This document shows, in pieces, positions 1-8,892 of a DNA stretch of 26,412 nucleotides (position 1 is the first letter of the stretch; every line of letters starts with the position of its first letter). Source of the DNA: Candidatus Zixiibacteriota bacterium (GTDB taxonomy: Bacteria; Zixibacteria; MSB-5A5; GN15; FEB-12); NCBI GenBank assembly GCA_041742355.1, contig JBGSIV010000220.1, positions 1-26,412 of the forward strand, read 5' to 3'. The translations under genes and the position numbers were made by a program. The notes beneath the pieces were generated by a model. It ran no database searches. It saw only the letters and a list, made by a program, of their open reading frames with translations, and was not told the origin of the DNA.

Positions 1-2
1 CG

Positions 3-176
3 GGGTTGATGGGTATGTCGGCGATCGAAGGGGCCGGATACAACGTGCGTATCAACCTGACCGGTCTCAAAGATACCGCGTTCGCCTCCCGGATGAGGGA
101 AGAAGTGGCGGCGATTACGAAAGACGGACGGCAGATAGCCGATGATATCCGGGCCATGGTTGAGGCGAAGCTTTAA
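3..176 (+). CDS. 3' end of a formiminotransferase-cyclodeaminase / cyclohydrolase family protein (FTCD C-terminal domain), partial
   Basis: Not in the ORF track. Frame from position 3 reads GLMGMSAIEGAGYNVRINLTGLKDTAFASRMREEVAAITKDGRQIADDIRAMVEAKL*. The 'GA.yNVrINL..ikD..f' motif is typical of FTCD_C. The TAA (174-176) overlaps the next ATG (TAATG). Confidence 0.75.
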   Translation, partial: GLMGMSAIEGAGYNVRINLTGLKDTAFASRMREEVAAITKDGRQIADDIRAMVEAKL

Positions 177-1015
177 TGAACCCCCGGTATGTCGACCTCC
201 ACATGCATACTGATTGCTCCGACGGCCTGTACCTGCCGTCGGAGGTGCTGGCCTTCGTCCGCAAGGCGGACATCGTCGCCTTTTCGATAACCGACCACGA
301 CACCCTGGCGGGCTACCGCGAAGCACGAAGTCTGCTGCAGAAGGATGACCCCGAGTTGATTCCCGGGTTGGAACTGTCGGCCGCGCATGACGGCCTGGAT
401 CTTCACCTCCTGGCCTACCTGTTTGATCCGGAAGATCCGTACCTCAACAGCGCCCTGGCCGAATTTCAGGCCCGACGAAACCAACGGGCCGCGCTCATAG
501 TAGAAAAGCTGAACGACCTGGGAATCTCCATCGACCTTGGTCAGGTAATCCGGAAGGCGGGGAAAGCGGCCGTCGGCCGACCCCACATTGCCGAAGTAAT
601 GTTCGAACAGAGGCAGGTTCCGGCCTACCTGACGGCTTTTGAGAAGTACATCGGCAACGGCAAGCCGGCGTATGTTCTCAAGCGCAATTTCACGCCGCGC
701 GAAGCTATCGAAGCGGTCCACAAAGCCGGCGGCGTGGTGGTTCTGGCTCATCCACAGATTGACGAGACATTCCGGTATATTGAAGAACTGGCCGGGATGG
801 GCCTGGATGGCATCGAAATCCACCATTCGGCTCACCAGCAGCGCCATGTCGAGCAGTTCCGGCACCTGGCCGAACGGTTCCGCCTCGTTTGTTCGGGCGG
901 GTCGGACTTCCACGGCCGGGAGGGCCGTCACGGCGCCATCGGATCTCAGCACGTGCCTGAAGACTGCCTGCTCCGGTTGAAGCAGCGGGCGCAGACGCGA
1001 AAGGACAGACAGTGA
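176..1015 (+). CDS. PHP-domain metal-dependent phosphoesterase (YciV/TrpH / RNase AM-like)
   Basis: All PHP motifs are present: DLHMHTDCSDG, ITDHDT, PGLELSA, HLLAY, GRPHIA, LAHP, GGSDFHG. Confidence 0.9.
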   Translation: MNPRYVDLHMHTDCSDGLYLPSEVLAFVRKADIVAFSITDHDTLAGYREARSLLQKDDPELIPGLELSAAHDGLDLHLLAYLFDPEDPYLNSALAEFQARRNQRAALIVEKLNDLGISIDLGQVIRKAGKAAVGRPHIAEVMFEQRQVPAYLTAFEKYIGNGKPAYVLKRNFTPREAIEAVHKAGGVVVLAHPQIDETFRYIEELAGMGLDGIEIHHSAHQQRHVEQFRHLAERFRLVCSGGSDFHGREGRHGAIGSQHVPEDCLLRLKQRAQTRKDRQ

Positions 1016-3357
1016 AACAGATCATCGGGTTGTGCCTCTTCTTGATCCTGGGGGCGGCTGCTGCGCAGGCCGAGTCCCTTTCCCGCGAACGTCAGAGGGA
1101 GATCCTCGACAACTACCTGTATGTGACAGGCCAGAGCGATCGCCTGACCGATGAGCTCGCTTCCGGTGTAATGGACGAGCACGGCCACCCCGTTATCAAG
1201 TGTGGCATGTCGGCTGTGGCTGACTTCGTGATGAACCGCCATCTGTTTGACAAGGATCTCCTTGCGGGCCTTGGGGCTCAGATCAGCAACCGGCCGGTGC
1301 TGGCCGGAGAACAGGTTGCTACCAGCCCCCTTGGTCTCTTCAAAGTGCACTACACCGTCGTCGGAGACGATGCGGTGAGCGCGATTGACAACGACGACAA
1401 CCTGGTCCCGGACTACGTCGATACGGTGGCGATCATCTTTGACAGCGTCCACACCGCAATAGTACAGCAGCTCGGCTACCCCAAGCCTCCCGCCGACAAC
1501 CTCTATCCGGCCGCCGGCGACTCCCTGTACGATGTCTATCTGCTCGACCTCGGGGCGGGCGTCTATGGGCTGTCATACCTCGACTCCATCTTTATCGATG
1601 GCCCCAACTCCATGCGGGCGACCTCCTTCATGGAGCTCGATCGCAACTACGACGATCTTCCCCAATACGTCGACCGGCCGCTCGATGCGATCCGCGTGAC
1701 CGCCGCGCACGAGTACTTCCACGCTGTGCAGTTCGGCATCGATTTCACGGAGTCCGAGACCTACGGCTCGGGCGCGGGGGCAATCTCGGCCCGCTATTGG
1801 ATGGAGATGTCGGCCACGTGGATGGAAGAGCAGATGTATGACAATCTCAACGACTACTATAACTACCTGCCCTACTTCTACAACGACCCACGGCTGTCCC
1901 TGCAGCAGTTCAACACCTATACCGACCTTCGCCCCTACGCCAGCGTTGTCTTTCCGATTTTCTTGGCCGAGGAGTACGGGCCGAACATTATCAAGTCCAT
2001 CTGGCAGCGCTGCCGGACAGCCGGTCCGGGCCCCCAGTTTCTTTCAGTCGCGAATGCCGCCATTGACTCCGCTTCTATCGGGGAAGAAGACTGGGCGGTG
2101 GCTTTCCGGCACTTCACCTTGTGGAACTGGTTCACCGGACCGCGAGCGGATCTGGCGCCGGCGGGCGTTGGATTTCCCGAGCGGGATTCATTCCCGGCTT
2201 TCCCCGACACTATGATCGCCTCCTGGAACCAGTATCCGGTGGTACAGCCCGCCCAGAACCGCTTCAACCCGCTCCATAACGGGGCCACGTTCGTCAGTTT
2301 CAACGACCTGCTCCTGATCGAGACCGATACCACTTACTGGTTCTGTAATAGTGTCCTCGATTCGACTTGCCTCGATTCGATCGAAGTGATCGATCCCCAG
2401 TCCCCTTCGGAGTACGATTTCTTCCGCGTCGGCTGCGGGACGAACGATACGACCTACTGGGTCTGCTGGGGTGGTTGGGAGGATTCCGTGTGCGCCAAGC
2501 CTCGCCGGGTCGTCACCGGAACCCCCGGTAGTTATCCGATAACCGACTGCGAAGCGGTCATCGACGGCACAGACACCACCTACAGAGAGCGCACCTTTTA
2601 CTACGTCTGTGATTCGCTGGCTGACAGTCGCTGCGTTGACTCCATCCGGACTGACGGCTCCGGCGGCTACGACTGGATGTATATCGACAGCCTCTTTGAC
2701 CTGACCTTTGCGCTCGGCACGAACACGAACGTCCCTGTATTGCCGCAACCCTGGGGAGTGAGCTTCATCTACCGGTTACAGGATGACCCTGACTCAGTCA
2801 TTGTCGACTCTCTCATGATCCCCGATGCGGTGACGGTGCGGCTGGCGGTACCGAATCCGGCCGATTATCTCAATGTCACCATAGCCCTGTCGCCGGCTAC
2901 CGCCTCCAACTCCACTGACTACTACCGCTCCTACCCGTACTCCATCCCCATGGATGTCGGCTACTTCGCGGAAGCCGACATCGAGACTGATGAGTACGCC
3001 AACAAGCCGAGCGCCGTGCTGGCGCCATACCCGAATCCTGCTGTCGTTTCCCGCATGGGCGTCGAGCCGTTGCGATTCCGTATGCAAGTGGCGACCGATG
3101 CTCAGGGATTGCCGCTCATAGAGACTCCGTACCTCGTGGTCGACATCTTCACGGTCGCGGGGGAACTGGTTCGGACCGTAGATCAGCCGGAACCCAATCC
3201 GATTCGCGGCCTGTATGAGGTCGCCTGGGACATGCGCAACGACGGCGGGACAGAGGTCGCCTCGGGTGCCTATATCGCCTACGGCCGGCTGTACGAGTCA
3301 GATGAGAAGAAGCAGCTGCTGGCTGAGGACCACGTAAAGGTCGCCATAATCCGATGA
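1012..3357 (+). CDS. Secreted zinc metalloprotease-like protein (MXAN_6640-like) with C-terminal FlgD-Ig/T9SS-type sorting domain
   Basis: Signal peptide (MKQIIGLCLFLILGAAAAQA); TAAHEYFHAVQ HExxH motif followed by YWMEMSATWMEE (third-ligand Glu). The C-terminus has YPNP...VDIFTVAGELVRT...WDMRNDGGTEVASGAY...KVAIIR. GTGA overlap with the upstream gene. Confidence 0.75.
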   Translation: MKQIIGLCLFLILGAAAAQAESLSRERQREILDNYLYVTGQSDRLTDELASGVMDEHGHPVIKCGMSAVADFVMNRHLFDKDLLAGLGAQISNRPVLAGEQVATSPLGLFKVHYTVVGDDAVSAIDNDDNLVPDYVDTVAIIFDSVHTAIVQQLGYPKPPADNLYPAAGDSLYDVYLLDLGAGVYGLSYLDSIFIDGPNSMRATSFMELDRNYDDLPQYVDRPLDAIRVTAAHEYFHAVQFGIDFTESETYGSGAGAISARYWMEMSATWMEEQMYDNLNDYYNYLPYFYNDPRLSLQQFNTYTDLRPYASVVFPIFLAEEYGPNIIKSIWQRCRTAGPGPQFLSVANAAIDSASIGEEDWAVAFRHFTLWNWFTGPRADLAPAGVGFPERDSFPAFPDTMIASWNQYPVVQPAQNRFNPLHNGATFVSFNDLLLIETDTTYWFCNSVLDSTCLDSIEVIDPQSPSEYDFFRVGCGTNDTTYWVCWGGWEDSVCAKPRRVVTGTPGSYPITDCEAVIDGTDTTYRERTFYYVCDSLADSRCVDSIRTDGSGGYDWMYIDSLFDLTFALGTNTNVPVLPQPWGVSFIYRLQDDPDSVIVDSLMIPDAVTVRLAVPNPADYLNVTIALSPATASNSTDYYRSYPYSIPMDVGYFAEADIETDEYANKPSAVLAPYPNPAVVSRMGVEPLRFRMQVATDAQGLPLIETPYLVVDIFTVAGELVRTVDQPEPNPIRGLYEVAWDMRNDGGTEVASGAYIAYGRLYESDEKKQLLAEDHVKVAIIR
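2326..2691 (+). repeat. Three degenerate Cys-containing ~35-40 aa repeats inside the metalloprotease
   Basis: DTTYWFCNSVLDSTCLDSI (from 2326), DTTYWVCWGGWEDSVC (from 2446, 120 bp later), DTTY...YYVCDSLADSRCVDSI (from 2572). Eight Cys in this segment. Confidence 0.7.
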
Positions 3358-3881
3358 TCCGCCGGTCATCGTTGATCGCCCGCATTGCGCTCTCGGCGGC
3401 TTTGGTCTATGTCCTCTCCTGGGGGACATCGTACCTGCCGAATGTGAACTTGGTTTTCTTCATTGTCTTTTCGGCCGGATTTCTCTGGGGAGCCGGGCCG
3501 GGAGCGTCGGTGGGCGCGATCGGCATGGGACTCTGGACGCTCTTCAACCCGTTCGGCCCGGCAGCTGCCCCGATTATGGTTGCACAGGTTGTCGGCGCCG
3601 CACTCTCAGCTCTCGTCGGAGCACTGTTCCGCAGCATGCTCGGGGCGCACGCTCCCTCGGCCCGTCTCACGGTCGGGCTGGTTCTCTCGGCCGCGCTGTG
3701 TACGGTGCTGTTTTACCTTCCCGTGAATTTCGTCGATGCTCTGGTGTTTCAGCCCTTCTGGCCGCGTTTCATCGGCGGCTTAATCTGGGCCGCCATTTCG
3801 CTCGCCGCCAACATGGTCATTTTCCCGTTGCTTTTCCCCGCCACACGGTATTTATATGACCGAGGATGGGCTTTACAGTGA
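3354..3881 (+). CDS. ECF transporter S component (CbrT-like, possibly cobalamin)
   Basis: 175 aa, highly hydrophobic. N-terminal SAALVYV...YLPNVNLVFFIVFSAGFLWG..PGA.VGA pattern typical of S components, and C-terminal 'AANMVIFPLLFP' helix. Confidence 0.7.
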   Translation: MIRRSSLIARIALSAALVYVLSWGTSYLPNVNLVFFIVFSAGFLWGAGPGASVGAIGMGLWTLFNPFGPAAAPIMVAQVVGAALSALVGALFRSMLGAHAPSARLTVGLVLSAALCTVLFYLPVNFVDALVFQPFWPRFIGGLIWAAISLAANMVIFPLLFPATRYLYDRGWALQ

Positions 3882-5896
3882 CAGGACGTCTCATTCTTCT
3901 GCTGCTCCTGCTGTCCGCCGCTATGGCCCGGGCGCAGGATCTCTCGGTCGACACGACCCGGACTGCTCCGACCGATACCTCCCAGGTTGCCGATACCGCT
4001 GCCGTCAATACGCTCGCACCCTTACCCGGCGACTCCCTTTCGCCGGCAGAACGGGCGCGGCTCGAATTTGAAAAACGCCGCCAGCAGTATCAGGAGGAGC
4101 AGGAGGCGAAAGAGCGGGTTCCGGGGTTCTCCTTCTATGACACGCTGATAACCTACTTCACGAGCCCCCGCCAGAATATCCGGCCGGATGTCGACCGCTC
4201 GTGGTATCATGATGCTTCTGATTACTTCCGATTCAACCCCTCGCACCTCGCGCTCACAGAGCAGTCGACCCCGATGCGCTCCACCGTGCGGCCCTTTGGG
4301 CTGACCGGTGACCGTCTCAACTTCATCACGTACGGCTACGAGCTCCAGCCGTATGGAAACGTCCCGGAACCGGAAGGGCTCACGGAGATGAATGCGATTC
4401 CAACCGCGCTGGATCAGGACATATTCCTCCTGCCGGGGCCGGTGGGGCAGCTCTTCGGCGGCGAGAGCAGCGTCGCATCGCTCGTGACCCGACCGCTCCG
4501 TCCCGATGACAAGGATTTCCACACTTCACTCCTGGCCGACCAGGGTGGGTTCGAGTACTACTTCGTCCGCGGGCGGATGGTCAAGCGGTTCACCGACGGA
4601 CGGTCGATCGACGCCGCCATCGAGTACCGCAACGCCGATGGCGAGAATTTTGGCCGCCGGTCCGACCAGTATATCTACTACGGTGACTTTTTCTTCCCGC
4701 TCAGCGCTTCGAGCGGACTGCGCACCTGGGGCTACCTCTTTGATCTCTCCGGGCCGCTGGCCATCCGCCCCGACCTGGGCGGTGGCAACATAAATCGCGA
4801 CCAGTTCAACCGGCAGGCCCAGGTGTCGTTCGTCAACGACGCCTCCGATGGCTCTCGCCGCTTCGAGGCAGGCTACCGCCACGGCCGCCACGGGAGCTAC
4901 AACACCAGCTCAGGAGGGGGGCTGTCCAACCGCCTGAACTGGACAAGCCACGGCGCGTTTGCTTCCCGAAACTGGATGGCGGGGGGGAAGGCTCTTTCGC
5001 TCGATGCCGAGGGCGAGTACCTTGAGTATGACACGGGCCCGGGGAACTTCGACCGCATCTGCGGTCGCGGCCGGCTGCGTCTGGCCGACCTGTCGACGGG
5101 CTGGCGGTGGGCTCTCAGCCTGGGCGGGGAGTATGCGGACGATTTCGAGTTCTTGCCCGCCGGGTCGCTCACGCTCTTCCGCGAAGGCAGGGGAGGGTTG
5201 TTCTTGCTCTCTCTCGGCTACACCGGGCGCGCCCCTGGAATGACCGAACTGCACCTCCCGGAAGAATCAGCTCCGCTTTATCCTTCCTCGGAAGGATATG
5301 CCGAGAGCGGCAACCCTGATCTGGATGCCGAGGCGGAGCTTATCGGTTCGATCACGGTGGAGCTTGGCTCGGTGCGCAACAACCTGAACATTTCGGCGAC
5401 AGGCGGGCGGATCATCGATGCTGTAGAGTGGCAACCCGTACAGAATGGCTCAACGCTGCGTTTCAGTCCGATCAATACCGATCTCGATTTTGCCACGGTT
5501 GCGGCTATGCCCAGTATCGGGCTTGGTCACTTCCTGGCCTTCCGAGGCGGCGCCTCTTACCACTGGATCGAATTTGCCGAATTCGAGTCGTCGGCGTATA
5601 CCCCCGAGTACCAGGTGTTCACCGGCCTTGAACTGCACGTCTACTGGCCCCAGCGCGGGCTTGATCTCTTTGCCTACGGCGAGCTTGTTTACACCGGCGA
5701 GTACGATGGATACCGGGCGCAGGGCCTTGGACAGGAGTTCGCCCCCAACGGCAAGCTGTCTTTCGGGATGGGCGATGATTTCCGCATGCACTTTGTCTTT
5801 CAAAACGCCCTGTCAGTCGAATACAGCCGGCGAGAGTACTTCACGACCCCCGGCCGCTTCTTCTACTTTGGCTTCGAGTGGAAATTCCTGAACTAG
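3878..5896 (+). CDS. TonB-dependent-receptor-like outer-membrane beta-barrel protein
   Basis: Signal peptide (LILLLLLLSAAMARA); plug-like motif EMNAIPTALDQDIFLLPGPVGQLFGG; amphipathic beta-strands; C-terminal PGRFFYFGFEWKFLN beta-signal. Start placed at GTG 3878 (GTGA overlap, GAGG about 12 nt upstream) rather than ATG 3866. Confidence 0.7.
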   Translation: MTGRLILLLLLLSAAMARAQDLSVDTTRTAPTDTSQVADTAAVNTLAPLPGDSLSPAERARLEFEKRRQQYQEEQEAKERVPGFSFYDTLITYFTSPRQNIRPDVDRSWYHDASDYFRFNPSHLALTEQSTPMRSTVRPFGLTGDRLNFITYGYELQPYGNVPEPEGLTEMNAIPTALDQDIFLLPGPVGQLFGGESSVASLVTRPLRPDDKDFHTSLLADQGGFEYYFVRGRMVKRFTDGRSIDAAIEYRNADGENFGRRSDQYIYYGDFFFPLSASSGLRTWGYLFDLSGPLAIRPDLGGGNINRDQFNRQAQVSFVNDASDGSRRFEAGYRHGRHGSYNTSSGGGLSNRLNWTSHGAFASRNWMAGGKALSLDAEGEYLEYDTGPGNFDRICGRGRLRLADLSTGWRWALSLGGEYADDFEFLPAGSLTLFREGRGGLFLLSLGYTGRAPGMTELHLPEESAPLYPSSEGYAESGNPDLDAEAELIGSITVELGSVRNNLNISATGGRIIDAVEWQPVQNGSTLRFSPINTDLDFATVAAMPSIGLGHFLAFRGGASYHWIEFAEFESSAYTPEYQVFTGLELHVYWPQRGLDLFAYGELVYTGEYDGYRAQGLGQEFAPNGKLSFGMGDDFRMHFVFQNALSVEYSRREYFTTPGRFFYFGFEWKFLN

Positions 5897-5925
5897 CCCC
5901 GCCCATGCACCTCGGCGAGTCCTCC

Positions 5926-5955
5926 TTGACTATTGTGCCGGCCTGCCCTTAATTT
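5926..5955 (+). promoter_or_regulatory. sigma70-type promoter, probably giving a leaderless transcript
   Basis: TTGACT (5926-5931), 18 nt, TAATTT (5950-5955). The ATG at 5962 lies at the expected +1 position and there is no Shine-Dalgarno upstream. Confidence 0.55.
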
Positions 5956-5961
5956 GCCCAC

Positions 5962-6522
5962 ATGGATGCAATGAGTATCTCGCGGGCTGCGGCATATGAC
6001 CTCGTAGTCGAGAAGATCGGCCGCAACAACCTGCTCAAACACATCCTTTCGGTTGAGGCGGGGATGCGGCAGCTGGCGGGCCGTTTCGGCGAGGATGTCG
6101 ACTTCTGGGGGCTGACCGGGCTTCTGCACGACCTCGACTACAACGAGACGATGAATGACACGGCCGCCCACACGTATGTCACCGAAGAATGGCTACGCCC
6201 ATACCGGCTCCCGGGGGAGATGCTTTACGCCATCCATGCCCATCCAGGCCATGTCCCTTGTAAGAGCAAGCTCGATTGGGCGCTGTATGCGACCGACCCC
6301 GCCACCGGCTTCATTGTCGCCTGCGTGCTCATGCATCCCGCGAAACGCCTTGATGTCATCGACGCCGAGTTCATGCTGCGCCGCTTCAAGGAGAAGCGCT
6401 TTGCCGCCGGCGCCTCCCGCGAAAACATGGCCGCTTGCAGCAACCTCGGCCTCGAACTGGAGGACTTCCTCCTGATCGTCCACGCCGGGATGATGACGAT
6501 CCGAGACGACCTCAACATGTAA
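5962..6522 (+). CDS. HD/HDIG-domain metal-dependent phosphohydrolase
   Basis: LLKHILSVE...WGLTGLLHDLDY...H...AIHAH...ATDPATGFIVAC, and FKEKRFAAGASRE typical of this small HD family. Alternative start ATG 5971. Confidence 0.85.
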   Translation: MDAMSISRAAAYDLVVEKIGRNNLLKHILSVEAGMRQLAGRFGEDVDFWGLTGLLHDLDYNETMNDTAAHTYVTEEWLRPYRLPGEMLYAIHAHPGHVPCKSKLDWALYATDPATGFIVACVLMHPAKRLDVIDAEFMLRRFKEKRFAAGASRENMAACSNLGLELEDFLLIVHAGMMTIRDDLNM

Positions 6523-6530
6523 GGACGCTT

Positions 6531-7850
6531 GTGCCATCTCCAGTCTGGCGCAAAGATGTGGTGGGTTGGTCCCTCTACGACCTCGCCAACACCATCTACT
6601 CGATGAATATCGTCTCGCTCTACCTGAAGCGGTACATCGTCGAGGACCTCGGCAAGGATGACCGCTGGTTCGATGTCCCCTTCTCGATTTCCATGGTTTT
6701 CGCCGCGGTGCTGCTGCCGGCGCTCGGCGCGATGTCCGACCACGCCGCCAAGAAGAAGCTCTTCGTCTTTCTGTTTACCCTGACCTGCTGTCTGGCCGTC
6801 GGGGGAATGGCGCTGGTGCCGGCCGGTGCGGTGCTGCTCCTCGTCGCCCTCTTCATGCTGGCCAACTTCAGCTACGAGGCCGCTCAGCCTTTCTACAACG
6901 CGCTGCTGTACTCTGTCGCCGAGGGCGCCCGCGCCCGCTTTGTATCCGGCTTCGGCGTTGGGCTGGGTTATGTCGGCTCGGTCCTCGGAATGATTCTCGT
7001 TCTTCCCTTTGTAACCGGCGATTTGTTCGGCCTCACCATTCCGCTCATCGACGCCTCAGGCAAGACCGGCGCGTTTATCCCGACTGCCCTGCTTTTCCTC
7101 GTGTTCTCCCTGCCCCTGTTTTTCTGGGTCCGGGAACGTCCGGCCATCAAATCGGGCGGCGCCGGCTTGGTCAAGGCGTACGGTGAGGTCTGGGACGGCG
7201 TGCGCCAGACGAAGAAGTACCCGGGCGTCCTTCGCTACCTCATCGCCGACTACTTCTTCGAGGATGCCGTCACCACCGTCATTATCAACATCGGTCTCTA
7301 CTGCTCTATCGTCCTCGGGTTGGAGGACAGCCAGATCACCCTGTTCCTCATCATCTCGACCATTACCGCCGTAATCGGTTCGTTCGTCATCGGACGGATT
7401 GCGGAACACGTATCGCTGAAAACCCTTATGGCCGCCATCGTCTGGGGTTGGATCGTCGCTCTCCTTATCTTCGTCTCGACCGACGCGATGCCCGTGATCT
7501 GGGTGCTCGGATCCGTGGTCGGCATCGTGCTGGGCGGACTGTGGACTGTATCCCGGCCGCTCCTTGCCGAGTTGGTTCCCCGGGACGAGTTGGGTCGGTT
7601 CTTTGGGTTGTTCAGCCTCTCGGGTCGGGCGGCGGCGGTTATCGGACCGCTCGTCTGGACCGCCGCGGTGTACCTCTTCAACGCCGATAGGCCGATCGGC
7701 CGGGCAGTGTCCGAATTGCTCGGATTGGATCCATCCGCACAGGCCAAACTGCCGTACAAGGTAGGAGTACTGTCCCTGGTGCTCATGATGGTGATTGGAC
7801 TGGTGATATTCCGCAAGGTTCCGCGCACCGAAAGGGAGATCCGTGGTTAA
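6531..7850 (+). CDS. MFS transporter, UMF1/Atg22-like family
   Basis: WSLYDLAN N-terminal motif, PALGAMSD, FYNALL, SGFGVGLGYVG, SRPLLAELVP...GRFFGLF, about 12 TM segments. Start moved from 6435 to GTG 6531 (AAGGA 5 nt upstream, avoids overlap with the HD gene). Confidence 0.85.
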   Translation: MPSPVWRKDVVGWSLYDLANTIYSMNIVSLYLKRYIVEDLGKDDRWFDVPFSISMVFAAVLLPALGAMSDHAAKKKLFVFLFTLTCCLAVGGMALVPAGAVLLLVALFMLANFSYEAAQPFYNALLYSVAEGARARFVSGFGVGLGYVGSVLGMILVLPFVTGDLFGLTIPLIDASGKTGAFIPTALLFLVFSLPLFFWVRERPAIKSGGAGLVKAYGEVWDGVRQTKKYPGVLRYLIADYFFEDAVTTVIINIGLYCSIVLGLEDSQITLFLIISTITAVIGSFVIGRIAEHVSLKTLMAAIVWGWIVALLIFVSTDAMPVIWVLGSVVGIVLGGLWTVSRPLLAELVPRDELGRFFGLFSLSGRAAAVIGPLVWTAAVYLFNADRPIGRAVSELLGLDPSAQAKLPYKVGVLSLVLMMVIGLVIFRKVPRTEREIRG

Positions 7851-8892
7851 GAAAATCGGCGACTGGTACCAGTATTCGGGCGCCGTGCATATACACACAA
7901 CCGAATCCGATGGCACCCTGCCGCTGGAGGAGGTCATCAAGATCGGGCAGCGCTCCGGCCTCGACTTCATGATGTTCGCCGACCACATGACCCTCTCGAA
8001 CCGTGAACGCGGGGGAGAGGGGATCTACGGCCACACGCTCGTCGTGATCGGCTACGAGCACAACGACGAGGCCGACAACCACCACTACCTGCTTTTCGAT
8101 TCACCGCGGGTCTACCCGACGAGTTGTTCGGCGAGCGAGTATGTGGCCGCGGGTGCGGCCGACAACGCCATCGGCATCATGGCCCATCCCGATGAGATCC
8201 GCGACGTCATGCCTGAGTATCCCCCCTACGCGTGGCACGACTGGTCAGTCGAGGGATTCACCGGGATCGAGCTGTGGAACCAGATGTCCGAGTGGATGGA
8301 ACGCCTCACGCCCCGCAACAAGCTCCTCATGGCTTTCTCGCCGCGCAAATCGATGATCGGCCCGACCGATCGCATTCTCAGGGAGTGGGACGAGATCAGC
8401 CAGGAACGCAAGTGCGTCGGCATCGTCGGGGTCGATGCCCACGCGTTTCCAATCAAAGTCGGGCCGCTGAAAGTGGAGATCTTCCCGTACAAAGTGCATT
8501 TCAAGTGCCTGCGTACCCACATTATCCTGCCCGAGCCGATAGCGACCGACCTGCCGACAGCCCGAAAGCAGCTTTACGACGCTCTGCGCGATTGCCGCGT
8601 ATTCGGCTCCAATATGCGATGGGGGAGTGCCGATAATTTCGAGTTCTTTGCCGACAACGGCGCCGAACGCGTTCCGTCCGGCGGAACAATGCCGCTTACC
8701 TCAGACACCCGCCTTGTTGTGCGCGCCCCCCACCACGCGACTCTTCGCGTAATCGGCAATGGGCAGATCGTCCGAGAAGAGCATACCTCTGCGCTCGATT
8801 ACCGTGTCGAACGACCGGGAATTTTCCGCGTCGAGGCCTGGCGGGGGCGGCGCGGCTGGATCTTCTCAAACCATCTCCGGATCATCCCATGA
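7843..8892 (+). CDS. PHP-family metallohydrolase (CehA/McbA-like)
   Basis: GAVHIHTTESDG, FADH, GYE, HHYL, MAHP, GIELWN, GVDAH motifs and a C-terminal beta domain ending FRVEAW...WIFSNHL. Confidence 0.8.
   Translation: MVKKIGDWYQYSGAVHIHTTESDGTLPLEEVIKIGQRSGLDFMMFADHMTLSNRERGGEGIYGHTLVVIGYEHNDEADNHHYLLFDSPRVYPTSCSASEYVAAGAADNAIGIMAHPDEIRDVMPEYPPYAWHDWSVEGFTGIELWNQMSEWMERLTPRNKLLMAFSPRKSMIGPTDRILREWDEISQERKCVGIVGVDAHAFPIKVGPLKVEIFPYKVHFKCLRTHIILPEPIATDLPTARKQLYDALRDCRVFGSNMRWGSADNFEFFADNGAERVPSGGTMPLTSDTRLVVRAPHHATLRVIGNGQIVREEHTSALDYRVERPGIFRVEAWRGRRGWIFSNHLRIIP

Noticed and set aside
6435..6530. ORF-track N-terminal extension of the MFS transporter
   Set aside because: It overlaps the HD gene in another frame and has non-protein-like composition. 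GTG 6531 has an SD.
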